From Candidatus Bipolaricaulis sp. (GTDB taxonomy: Bacteria > Bipolaricaulota > Bipolaricaulia > UBA7950 > UBA9294), in assembly GCA_028707055.1 (NCBI GenBank), contig JAQTVA010000002.1, positions 1 to 36,366 of the forward strand: DNA of 36,366 nt, written 5' to 3'. Each line of letters starts with the position of its first letter. Positions within the stretch are counted from its first letter, which is position 1. The notes beneath the pieces were generated by a model, which saw only the letters and a program-made list of their open reading frames with translations, was not told where the DNA came from and searched no databases. Of the stretch, positions 9,147-17,285 are shown one piece after another. Position numbers and translations under genes: made by a program.

Positions 9147-9399
9147 TGGGCTCTCCTTGCGATGCGCGCGACTTCAGGTGGATTCGCTCGACGTTCGGCG
9201 GGAGCGTCAGGTCCTCCCGCCGCAGAATCGACTCGAGGATGTCGAAGGGGATGGAAGTCTCGACCCAAATGGAGTCGATGTCGACGACGCCGTTCTTGAC
9301 CGGGATGCGGGGCAGTGCGCGTTCGACCGCAACCTTGTAGGACGCGAGCAGGGCGTCGTCGGTTACGTTCCTCTCTTCGTTCTGTTCGTTCATCGGCAA
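9103..9399 (-). CDS. Small hypothetical protein (98 aa), first gene of the minus-strand operon.
   Basis: ATG 9399 has GAGG about 6 nt upstream (CCTCGAGGTTGCCGATG). No family recognised. The 3' end overlaps the phosphohexomutase start. Confidence 0.5.
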   Translation of the reverse strand: MPMNEQNEERNVTDDALLASYKVAVERALPRIPVKNGVVDIDSIWVETSIPFDILESILRREDLTLPPNVERIHLKSRASQGEPSGTPRGRKRREVRN

Positions 9400-9493
9400 C
9401 CTCGAGGAAGCGGATTCGTCCTCTCCGACGGGGTCTCGGACAAGCGTTCGAGAGGGGTCGAAGACGCAGATCCCGTACGGGCTTGCGCTCGGG

Positions 9494-9502
9494 ATGATAC
9501 CA
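9494..9502 (-). promoter_or_regulatory. Extended -10 box TGGTATCAT for the hyp-pmm-leuS-gmhB operon.
   Basis: The minus strand reads GTG-TGG-TATCAT about 90 nt upstream of ATG 9399. It has the same TGGTAnnAT form as three other promoters in the window. Confidence 0.4.
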
Positions 9503-9525
9503 CACGACGGGGAAAGATGAAAGAG

Positions 9526-9765
9526 ACGGTTCGCGGTTCGCAGTTCGGGAAAGGCGAAAGGCGTGCGCAGTTCGCAGTTCGTTGAGTTCGTTGGGTTCGT
9601 TGAGACAAAGGGCGTGGTGCGCAGGATGTTGAGTTCGTTGGGTTCGTCGGGCCGAGCGCGCGGTGCGAAGCGCCGAGAGGCGTCCGGGATCCGTGGTCCG
9701 GGTCAGAACCTGTTCGGTGAGTTCACTGAGTTCATTGGGTTCGTTGGGGCGCTGGGTTCGTGGGC
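9526..9765. repeat. Intergenic mosaic repeat array B, same family as array A.
   Basis: It shares with array A the 19-nt exact ACGGTTCGCGGTTCGCAGT. It also shares GAAAGGCGAAAGGCGTGCGCAGTTCGCAG (A has GAAGGTCAAAGGCGTTCGCAGTGCGCGG). Other shared modules are GTTGAGTTCGTTGGGTTCGTTGAG and TCCGGGATCCGTGGTCCGG (A has TCCGTAATCCGTGGTTCGG). Confidence 0.75.
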
Positions 9766-9818
9766 GGGGAAAAGCCAAGGAGCGGAGCGAGGCCGGTGTA
9801 GGGTGGCCGCGTGGGGTG

Positions 9819-9827
9819 TGGTACAAT
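9819..9827 (+). promoter_or_regulatory. Extended -10 box TGGTACAAT for the protease operon.
   Basis: TG-G-TACAAT ends 20 nt before ATG 9848. GAGGGGG RBS at 9841-9847. Confidence 0.45.
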
Positions 9828-9847
9828 GCGGTTTCATCTTGAGGGGG

Positions 9848-11974
9848 ATGACGTTGACAACACCGCTTCGGTGGCTGGTCACTCTGGCCATCGTTCTTCT
9901 GGGGACTGGCTTTGCGTCATCGGCCGCCGACGGCGTTTCGAGGATCGCGCCGTCGCTTCGGGCCTTCTTGGCCGCGGGAAGCGACGCGACGGCGAGGGGG
10001 CTCGGGGACCTCTGCGAGGTTGAAGTCTCGCCGACCGGGGAAACGCGGCTTCGTGTGCTTGTGCGCACGACGGAGCCGCTCGCATCGTCCTCTCTTGGCG
10101 CCCGAGTGGGGTTCTCCGGGGATGAGATCGCAACCGTGGCGGTGTCGGCCGCCGGTCTCGAGCGGCTGGCGGAGGACGAGCGCGTCATCTACATCGAACC
10201 CTCACGGAAGATGCGCCCAACGGTCGACGCGAGCGTGCCCGCGGTGGGCGCCGATGTCGTCCATACAGCGATTCCTTCGGTGCTCGGCGAGGGCGTCGTG
10301 ATCGGCCTCGTCGACACGGGGATCGACTACGAGCACCTGGACTTCCGTTTCGATGAGGATGGGGACGGTACCGAGGAGTCGTCCCGAATCCTGGCGATCT
10401 GGGACCAAACGTACGGCCTCTTCGGGGCTGAGTACGACCGGGACGACGTCGAGTCGGATCTTGCTTTCGGGCATGGGCCGAGCGAAGGGATCGTCCGCGA
10501 GAAGGATGCAAACGGGCACGGAACCCACGTCGCGAGCATCGCGGCCGGGGATGGCTCGTCGTCAGGGTACGGGTTCGTCGGCGTCGCACCGGCGGCGTCG
10601 ATCGTCGCCGTCAAGACGACCTTCTACACGGCCGACATCCTTGAGGGGGTGGAGTACATCCTCGACAAGGCGGACGCGCTCGACGCGCCGGTGGTCGTGA
10701 ACCTCAGCCTGGGCGGGCACGAGGGGCCGCATGATGGGACATCCCTGTTCGAGCGAGGGCTGGCGGGACTCGCGGACGGCACGGGCCGCGTAATCGTCGT
10801 CTCCGCGGGGAACGAGGGGGATGAGGAGATCCACGTCTCGGGGACGCTGCAGAGCGGCTCCAAGGCTTTCCGAGTCAAACCGGACACCTGGCAGTTTGAG
10901 CTTTCGCTCTGGTATCCCGGCGATGCCCGGTTTGCCGTGACGGTGACGTCGCCTTCGGGGGCGACGGCGGTTGCCCTGCCCGGGGCATCCAGCGGGTACG
11001 TCGCGACGCCCGACGGTGTCGCGTACGTGGACAACGCGGCGGACGGAGTGAACCCGAACAACGGAGATCGCGAGGTCTACCTCCGCCTGAGCGGGGTCGC
11101 CGCAGGCGCAATCTGGACCGTGGCGGTCCGCCGGCTGTCCGGAAGCGGGCGTTTCGACGCTTGGGTCACGTCGACGGGCTCGATCGTCAATGGAGACTCG
11201 GTGTCGACGATCGACGAGCCGGGGAATGCGGAGGGCGTGATCACCGTCGGCGCGTGGACGACGAAGTCGACGTGGCCGTCGAAGGCCGGCGCGCAGGACT
11301 ACACGTCTTCGCACGAGGTCGACGGCCTCTCGGGCTTCTCGAGTCAGGGTCCGACGCGCGACGGGAGACTGAAGCCGGATCTGGTCGCACCGGGCGCGTG
11401 GATCTGCGCGGCGCTGTCGACGAGCGCCGCGGCGTTCGACTACCTCACCCATCCTGACGGCGTGCATGGGATGCAGCTTGGAACGAGCATGGCGGCCCCG
11501 CACGTCTCGGGAGCCGCGGCCCTCCTCTTGTCGGTCGACAGGACACTGACCGTGGGGAAGATCCTTACTGCGCTCACGTCGACGGCGACGCGCGACGCGT
11601 ACACGGGCACGACGCCGAACATGCGGTGGGGGTACGGGAAGCTCGCCGTCGTGGCGGCTCTCGAGAACCTGGAAGCGGAGGAACCGCCGCTTCCGCCTGT
11701 CGACGTTCCCGAGATCGGGTTGGAGGAAAACCCAGTGTCGGGCGAGGCGCGGTTCACATACGTCCTGCCGAACGGGACGGGGATGGCTGTCCTTCGCGTG
11801 TACACGGTCTCAGGGATCCTGGTGTTCGAGGCGGATCTCGATGTGGACGACGATGCCTACACATGGGCCCTCGTGTCGCGCCATGGTGAGCCGCTGGCCG
11901 CGGGGCTGTACCTGTACGTCGTCGTGACGGACCGCGGCGCGTCGGAGGTGGGAAAGTTGGTGATCCATCCGTGA
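9848..11974 (+). CDS. Secreted subtilisin-like serine protease (S8) with a C-terminal T9SS-sorting / FlgD-Ig-like beta-sandwich domain.
   Basis: Signal peptide MTLTTPLRWLVTLAIVLLGTGFASSAADG. Catalytic motifs LVDTGIDYEH (Asp), HGTHVASIAAG (His), SAGNEG (Asn) and GTSMAAPHVSGAAALL (Ser). The last ~85 aa are NPVSGEARFTYVLP..AVLRVYTVSGILV..GEPLAAGLYLYVVV..GKLVIHP. The track ORF start at 9563 lies inside repeat array B and is rejected. Confidence 0.9.
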   Translation: MTLTTPLRWLVTLAIVLLGTGFASSAADGVSRIAPSLRAFLAAGSDATARGLGDLCEVEVSPTGETRLRVLVRTTEPLASSSLGARVGFSGDEIATVAVSAAGLERLAEDERVIYIEPSRKMRPTVDASVPAVGADVVHTAIPSVLGEGVVIGLVDTGIDYEHLDFRFDEDGDGTEESSRILAIWDQTYGLFGAEYDRDDVESDLAFGHGPSEGIVREKDANGHGTHVASIAAGDGSSSGYGFVGVAPAASIVAVKTTFYTADILEGVEYILDKADALDAPVVVNLSLGGHEGPHDGTSLFERGLAGLADGTGRVIVVSAGNEGDEEIHVSGTLQSGSKAFRVKPDTWQFELSLWYPGDARFAVTVTSPSGATAVALPGASSGYVATPDGVAYVDNAADGVNPNNGDREVYLRLSGVAAGAIWTVAVRRLSGSGRFDAWVTSTGSIVNGDSVSTIDEPGNAEGVITVGAWTTKSTWPSKAGAQDYTSSHEVDGLSGFSSQGPTRDGRLKPDLVAPGAWICAALSTSAAAFDYLTHPDGVHGMQLGTSMAAPHVSGAAALLLSVDRTLTVGKILTALTSTATRDAYTGTTPNMRWGYGKLAVVAALENLEAEEPPLPPVDVPEIGLEENPVSGEARFTYVLPNGTGMAVLRVYTVSGILVFEADLDVDDDAYTWALVSRHGEPLAAGLYLYVVVTDRGASEVGKLVIHP

Positions 11975-12831
11975 CGCGACGGCGCCGCTCCCTGTCGTTT
12001 CTGTGTGTGCTGGCCGTCGTCGGCGCCGCTCTGGTCGGGGTTCGAGCGGCGGCCACGGAAGCCCTCGGGGATCTTTTCCGCGTCGGCGTATCGGCGCGCG
12101 CACTGGGGATGGGGGGCGCGTTCACGGCGCTCGCCGAGGACGAAGCCGGGGTGCTGTACAACCCGGCGAAGCTCGCCGGCCACCGCGGGCTTGGCCTCTC
12201 GTCGCTCTACGCATCCCAGTTCGGAGGGGTGACGCAGGGGTCGGTGATCGTGGCCGGTCCGTACGTCGGCGGCGGGATCGTGTTCCTCGACTCGGGACTG
12301 ATCGACGACGGAGAAGACGGCTTCCGGTACGCCAGCCGGGCGGCGCTGTTCGGGGTGGGAGTCCCGGTGGGGCCGGCTGCCATGGGCGTCGGTTGGCGAT
12401 TCCTGAGCGTCGCGACCCCATTCACCGGAAGCGGTTGGGCGCTCGATGCCGCGGTCGCCCTGGACATTGAGTTCCTCCATGTGGGGCTGGTGTACGAGGC
12501 GGTGGTCTCGGCGCCGATGGCCTACGAAGGCGGTGCGCGGGAAGAGTGGGACTCCGGGCTGCGCTTCGGTGTGGCGACGTCCCTGTCGCCGGCGGAGGGC
12601 GTGGTGTGGACAGCGTCGTTCGACGGGACGGGACTTCTCGGTCCGGCGCCCGGGATCGCGGCCGGAGTCGAGGCCTGGGTCGGCGGCGTCGGGGCTCGCG
12701 TGGGGTACGATGGAGCAGGGATGACGTTTGGGCTTTCGGCGCGGTTCGTGGGGCTCGAAGTGGACTGGGCCTACGCGGCGAGAGATGATCTCGGAGACAG
12801 TCACCGGATTACGCTTGCGTTGCGCTTCTAA
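11971..12831 (+). CDS. PorV/PorQ-like (FadL-type) outer-membrane beta-barrel protein.
   Basis: GTG 11971 overlaps the protease stop (GTGA). It has a signal peptide, the signature FRVGVSARALGMGGAFTALAEDEAGVLYNPAKLAG, alternating beta-strand pattern, and a C-terminus ..ITLALRF with terminal Phe as beta-signal. Confidence 0.7.
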   Translation: MTRRRRSLSFLCVLAVVGAALVGVRAAATEALGDLFRVGVSARALGMGGAFTALAEDEAGVLYNPAKLAGHRGLGLSSLYASQFGGVTQGSVIVAGPYVGGGIVFLDSGLIDDGEDGFRYASRAALFGVGVPVGPAAMGVGWRFLSVATPFTGSGWALDAAVALDIEFLHVGLVYEAVVSAPMAYEGGAREEWDSGLRFGVATSLSPAEGVVWTASFDGTGLLGPAPGIAAGVEAWVGGVGARVGYDGAGMTFGLSARFVGLEVDWAYAARDDLGDSHRITLALRF

Positions 12832-12844
12832 CTGCGTGGTGCTT

Positions 12845-15800
12845 ATGGGAAAGAGATGGATCGTCATTCTCGTCGTCGCCGGGATGGCTCTCGTCGGAGC
12901 CGCGGTGTACGGAGAAGAGGAAGGGTTCGCCGTCTCGAGCGGCGAGGGAGCGACCCGCTTCACGGGCAGCTACAGCGGCCGGAAGACGTGGACGATCGGC
13001 TTCGGATTCGGCGACGCCCTCGCGCTGGCCTACGCAGGCCTCTCGTCGGGCTCGATCTCGCTTGAGCAGACTCTTGCGGTGGACATCGAGGCGACCGCCC
13101 TCGGGGTTCTGCGCGTCGAGGCGCACTTCGACGACCAAGAGGACGAGAGTCTGCAGTCACTGTCCATCTACCTCGACACGGAGCGTCTCGACGGTGTGGC
13201 CGGCGACTTCATCGTCCCAGACATGGGCAGTTTCTCCACCTACTCCCGCAAGCTCAAGGGAGCGCGCCTCGACTACCACTGGGGCATCGCGACGATCACG
13301 GGTATCGCGTCGAAGCTCGAGGGCGTCACGGAGTCGAAGACGTTCACCGGGGAGACAGCCGAGCTCTACGTCGTATTCCGAAGAGCGGACCCGGACAGCG
13401 GTGAAGCGGCCTCGTACCTGGAGAACCTCGAAGGGCTGGCGTCGTTCCCGCTCGTCTCCCTGTACGTCGAGGAGTTCGCCGACGTGCGGATGATCCTCGA
13501 CCTGTCGAGCGGGTTGCGGAGCCTCCTTGCGGAGTACGGTGTGAGCGAACTGGCGGACGCGCTCGAGGGGTATGAGGGGAAGGATCTCCTGACGTCGGAG
13601 TTCTCGGTGATCGGAGACGATCCTGAGTACCTCGTGCTGCGAGCGGCTCCGGTGACGATCCTGCGGCGAACGATCAAGGAAGCGATCGAGGCGTACAACG
13701 ACGAGGTCGACGGGGAGATGGTGTACCCGTTCTCGTCCGGAAGCGACGCGGAGACGCAGTTCCTCGCCGAAGTGCTCGCGTACGCGTCGATCGCGGTCCA
13801 CGGGGACCGCTACGGCGTGCGCGACGCGGAGAGATCCCTCCACTTCGACCTTGGGGAGACCGATGCCATCGCGGAGTCGCTCGAGATCGAGATCGATCCG
13901 GACGGCTCGGGGTACCGTTGGATCAGCGAGGCGACGTGGCCTGACTACGGCGTTCTGGTCTACGAAGAGGAAGGGATCCTCGAGATCCGTCTCCCCGAGG
14001 AGACGGTGACCCATCCCGACGCGGCGCTGCGGGTCACGGTCTCGTACGAAGTCACCGGCGGCGCGTACAGCTTGGGTTTCTCGGTGGTCCCGGGGACGGA
14101 GCGGATCACGCGGAACAGCGTGCTCCTCGTCCGGGACATCGACTACTCGATCGATTACGAGATCGGGTACGTCGTGCTGTTCACGGAGATCGGCGCGACC
14201 GACGAGTTGACGATCGAGTACGAGCGGTACGGAAGCGGGTCGGTGGATTACGCACGCTACTTTTCGGGAGTCACAGTCGATATTCCCCTGCCGGGGTTTG
14301 CCCTCGACCTGTATCTGCTGCAGGCGAGTGACGACTCCGGATCGATCGACGACAGAGAGAGCGTCAGCACGATGCCGAACCGGCAGGTCGTCGCCGGGGC
14401 GTCGGGGGTGCTCGAGCTTCCCGACACCACCGCGAAGTTCGACGTCGGGTACGTGAACGACCGGTATCCCTACGACGACAACCAGCGGACTCCCCTGCGA
14501 AACCGAGTCAACGCACTCGCTTCTGGCTTCGGCTTCGTCCTCGTCGGCCATGACGCGGGGTTCAGCGTGCTCTCCGACGGGGAGTGGCAGGCGTACGACA
14601 GCGGCGACGGTCTGGCGGGGCGTTCCGTTCGGGCGATCGCCCTGTCCGACGCCTACGCGTTCCTCGGCACGAACGGCGGGCTTTCCGTCGTGGCGCTGGA
14701 CGGGATCTCGCCGTTCGACCACGCGTCGGGTTGGACGGAGTTCTACGACAGCGACGGGCTTCCGGACTCGTCGGTGCGTGCCCTTCTCCTCGACGGGGGC
14801 ACGCTGTACGCAGGCACCGACGCCGGAGTCGCCTCCGTCGCCGTGACGCAGATCGAGGATGCCAAGGCCTGGGCCAGGCTCATCGGAGACGAGTACGGCG
14901 CGGTGACGGCCCTTGCCCTCTCCGGAACACTGCTTTACGTGGGGACGGAGAGCGGGCTCATCACCTATGACCGCGTAACGCACGCGACGGCCGTCGTCGC
15001 TGGGACATCCGGCGTCGCCACGCACGCACTGCACGTCGAGGAGGACGCGGTGTACGCGGCGTCGGCCAGCGGCCTGTGCAGCTACGTCGACGGCGTCGAG
15101 GTAGGATGGATTGTGCGAGGGGTGGCCGTGTACGCCGTCGCGTCGCGGGACGGCGACCTGTACTACGGCACCGCGAACGGCATGGTCCGGGTGTCGGATG
15201 GAACAGCCTGGCATGCGGGCTGGGTCGTTTCGGCCATGGCGAGCGCGGAAGACGGGGTGTGGGCGGGCAGCGAGGCGAACGGCGGATATGAGCTCTGGGT
15301 GTGGAGGCTGGCCGACGGCGAGGTCGCCTACGACGCGGACACGATGGAGGTCAGCGGCGCCAACCCTTACAAGTACGAGGACACCCCGAGCGACGAGCAT
15401 ATGGCGACCGGCTGGGTCGTGAGCGGCTCGTTCGATCACTCGTCCGACGGGTTCTCCCTCTCGGGCACGGTGGACCGGGTTCAAGAGGGGTATCGCTCGA
15501 TTGGCGAGCGGTCACGAAGCGACGGCGGCGGGTGGACCCTCGACGGATCGATCGCCCTCGGCCCGAGCGCGAAACTCGAACTCGCCCACAGCTACGAGAT
15601 GAGCGACCTGACGACGAGCCAGCGGGTCGCGACGTTGGAGAACGACCTCTCGTTCACAGGGCGGTTCGGCCCGACGATCGTCGTGCGCCTCCACCAGGAG
15701 AGCGAGGACGCAAGCCGGAGCGTGCACGGCGCGGAGACGGATCAGGTCTCGTACAGCCTCTCCGTGGACGACAAGCTGTTCGCCGACACCGTTCGGGCGA

Positions 15801-16816
15801 CGATCGACTGGAAGGAATCGTTCCTGTGGGAAGAGGGCTCCGCCCCTAGCCGGAGCGCCGTCTTGGCCTCCGGCGCCTCGTGGAGCTTCGTGCCGGGATG
15901 GACGTCCACGTTCTCGTGGCGTCGCCCGGTCTACGTGTCGGGAGACCAGTGGTCGGGCAGCGAGAGGTTCACGTGGGGCGTCGACGGTGCGGCGACGTTC
16001 GCCGGAGTCCAGGTCCTGTCGGAGTACGACGGCAGACGGACGCGTTCGTTGCCGAACGGCACGGCGACGTTCGATCACACCGGGCGCGTGCGCTTGGCCG
16101 TCAGTCCGTTCACGTGGCAAGGCGGCAAGATGACTCCGAACCTCGACCTGTCGGGAGAGTGGGACGACGGCGAGGTGTCGCTGACGGGAAAGCTGAACCT
16201 TCGCTCCGTCTGGGCGTCCCTCTCGGGGCGCACAGCGCTCACCGTAGGCGTCACGGGGCTCGGCGAGAGCGTCGAGCGGTGGTCGGAGAAGGTAACATCG
16301 ACCTGGAGTTACACCGGGATCGCTTCGTTGCGACCCACCCTGACGTACTCGGCCAGCCGGGCGACGGCGACGTACGGCGACGGCACCGATGAAACGACGA
16401 GCCACTCGCTCTCCGGGCGGGCGACGTGGAGTTCCCCGCGAGGCGACTCGGACACCGTCGCGGCCACGGTCCGCTGGCAGTCCGGCGACGAGACGGACGT
16501 GTCCGTCTCGCTGGAGAACTCGTACCAGCGGGACATCACCCCATGGATCTCGAGTCTGGCCTCGCCGCAGTCTGCGAGCCAGGTCGCGGTCCCAAGCCCG
16601 TACCCGATGGTCACGGTGGGATCCGACGTCGCGGCGGATTGGGACTACGAGGACGAGGCTTCGGACGCGCGTTGGACGGTCTCCGGAGATACGACCGTCG
16701 TTCTGTCGACGATGTGGAGCGCGTCCCTTTCGGTGGTGTACTCCGGCGGGTGGACCGAGTCCGGCACATGGTACCACGGCGCCTGGTTTGCCCTGACCGT
16801 GGCGATCGACTTCTAG
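12845..16816 (+). CDS. Giant outer-membrane protein (1323 aa). The N-terminal region is SprA/Sov-like, a seven-blade propeller-like block sits centrally, and the C-terminal part is barrel-like.
   Basis: ATG 12845 gives the signal peptide MGKRWIVILVVAGMALVGAAVYG. The N-terminal pattern is LRVEAHFDDQEDESLQSLSIYLD..GDF..RKLKGARLDYHWG..ITGIASKLEG. Seven V.A...(L)Y.GT..G repeats span 14507-15304. Beta-rich S/T/W/Y alternation follows, ending ..LTVAIDF. Confidence refers to the CDS; the SprA-like assignment is much less certain (about 0.4). Confidence 0.8.
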   Translation: MGKRWIVILVVAGMALVGAAVYGEEEGFAVSSGEGATRFTGSYSGRKTWTIGFGFGDALALAYAGLSSGSISLEQTLAVDIEATALGVLRVEAHFDDQEDESLQSLSIYLDTERLDGVAGDFIVPDMGSFSTYSRKLKGARLDYHWGIATITGIASKLEGVTESKTFTGETAELYVVFRRADPDSGEAASYLENLEGLASFPLVSLYVEEFADVRMILDLSSGLRSLLAEYGVSELADALEGYEGKDLLTSEFSVIGDDPEYLVLRAAPVTILRRTIKEAIEAYNDEVDGEMVYPFSSGSDAETQFLAEVLAYASIAVHGDRYGVRDAERSLHFDLGETDAIAESLEIEIDPDGSGYRWISEATWPDYGVLVYEEEGILEIRLPEETVTHPDAALRVTVSYEVTGGAYSLGFSVVPGTERITRNSVLLVRDIDYSIDYEIGYVVLFTEIGATDELTIEYERYGSGSVDYARYFSGVTVDIPLPGFALDLYLLQASDDSGSIDDRESVSTMPNRQVVAGASGVLELPDTTAKFDVGYVNDRYPYDDNQRTPLRNRVNALASGFGFVLVGHDAGFSVLSDGEWQAYDSGDGLAGRSVRAIALSDAYAFLGTNGGLSVVALDGISPFDHASGWTEFYDSDGLPDSSVRALLLDGGTLYAGTDAGVASVAVTQIEDAKAWARLIGDEYGAVTALALSGTLLYVGTESGLITYDRVTHATAVVAGTSGVATHALHVEEDAVYAASASGLCSYVDGVEVGWIVRGVAVYAVASRDGDLYYGTANGMVRVSDGTAWHAGWVVSAMASAEDGVWAGSEANGGYELWVWRLADGEVAYDADTMEVSGANPYKYEDTPSDEHMATGWVVSGSFDHSSDGFSLSGTVDRVQEGYRSIGERSRSDGGGWTLDGSIALGPSAKLELAHSYEMSDLTTSQRVATLENDLSFTGRFGPTIVVRLHQESEDASRSVHGAETDQVSYSLSVDDKLFADTVRATIDWKESFLWEEGSAPSRSAVLASGASWSFVPGWTSTFSWRRPVYVSGDQWSGSERFTWGVDGAATFAGVQVLSEYDGRRTRSLPNGTATFDHTGRVRLAVSPFTWQGGKMTPNLDLSGEWDDGEVSLTGKLNLRSVWASLSGRTALTVGVTGLGESVERWSEKVTSTWSYTGIASLRPTLTYSASRATATYGDGTDETTSHSLSGRATWSSPRGDSDTVAATVRWQSGDETDVSVSLENSYQRDITPWISSLASPQSASQVAVPSPYPMVTVGSDVAADWDYEDEASDARWTVSGDTTVVLSTMWSASLSVVYSGGWTESGTWYHGAWFALTVAIDF

Positions 16817-16821
16817 GTGGG

Positions 16822-17139
16822 CTAGCCGCCGCCGATCGGCGGAAGAAAGGCGACGGCGTCGCCGTCGGCGAGTTCTGTGGCGTTGCCGGTGAGAAACCGC
16901 ACGTTCCGCCCGTTCACGAGCACGTTCAAGTACCCCTCAGACACGCCTCGGCGCAACGCATCGGCGAGCGTGGGGTCTTTCTGATCGAGGATCGAGAGCA
17001 ACCCGTCCACGGTCGTGCCGGGGAGGATGGGTACGCGCAAATTCGAGCGATCCTCGCGGTCGCGCAGACCGCCGAAGACCTTGACCGTCACACTGGGGCC
17101 GGCTTCTTGGGATGTCGTCTTCTCTTTCTCTCCATCCAT
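16822..17139 (-). CDS. MoaD/ThiS-family ubiquitin-like sulfur-carrier protein (105 aa).
   Basis: VTVKVFGGLRD...LNVLVNGRNV...LADGDAVAFLPPIGGG with C-terminal Gly-Gly. ATG at 17139 (MDGEKEK..). The upstream part of the 189-aa track ORF is Arg-rich and non-homologous. Confidence 0.75.
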   Translation of the reverse strand: MDGEKEKTTSQEAGPSVTVKVFGGLRDREDRSNLRVPILPGTTVDGLLSILDQKDPTLADALRRGVSEGYLNVLVNGRNVRFLTGNATELADGDAVAFLPPIGGG

Positions 17140-17223
17140 CGCTCTTCGGGTATACCCGGCGCCCGCGGGCGATGCAACCCGCGCCCGGCGTCCACAAAGC
17201 AAGACATCGGCCGGACTCAGCTG

Positions 17224-17250
17224 TTGTCGGCCCCGGAGTGCCGCTATAAT
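17224..17250 (+). promoter_or_regulatory. Possible metG promoter (TTGTCG - 15 nt - TATAAT).
   Basis: A perfect TATAAT at 17245-17250 ends 35 nt upstream of GTG 17286. The -35 match is weak and the spacer is short. Confidence 0.35.
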
Positions 17251-17285
17251 CCGCACTATCCTTTCGAAGCGGGAAGCAGGCGTCG

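Noticed and set aside
3730-9765. The idea that the recurrent GGTTCG hexamer in arrays A and B is a relic of tRNA T-loops (GGTTCGAAT).
   Set aside because: The words continue as GGTTCG(T/C)(T/G)G rather than GGTTCGA(A/G)TCC. No complementary T-stem halves flank them.
12728-12844. Upstream start (ATG 12728) for the giant OMP, as given in the ORF track.
   Set aside because: It would overlap the PorV-like gene by 104 nt and place 39 non-hydrophobic residues before an obvious signal peptide. That signal peptide begins at ATG 12845.
13157-16777. Antisense ORFs inside the giant OMP gene (13157-15484 -, 775 aa; 15512-16777 -, 421 aa).
   Set aside because: They have the same shadow-ORF character (Arg/Pro/His/Val-rich, no signal peptide, no motifs). 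The plus-strand frame has a signal peptide, structured repeats and an OMP beta-signal.
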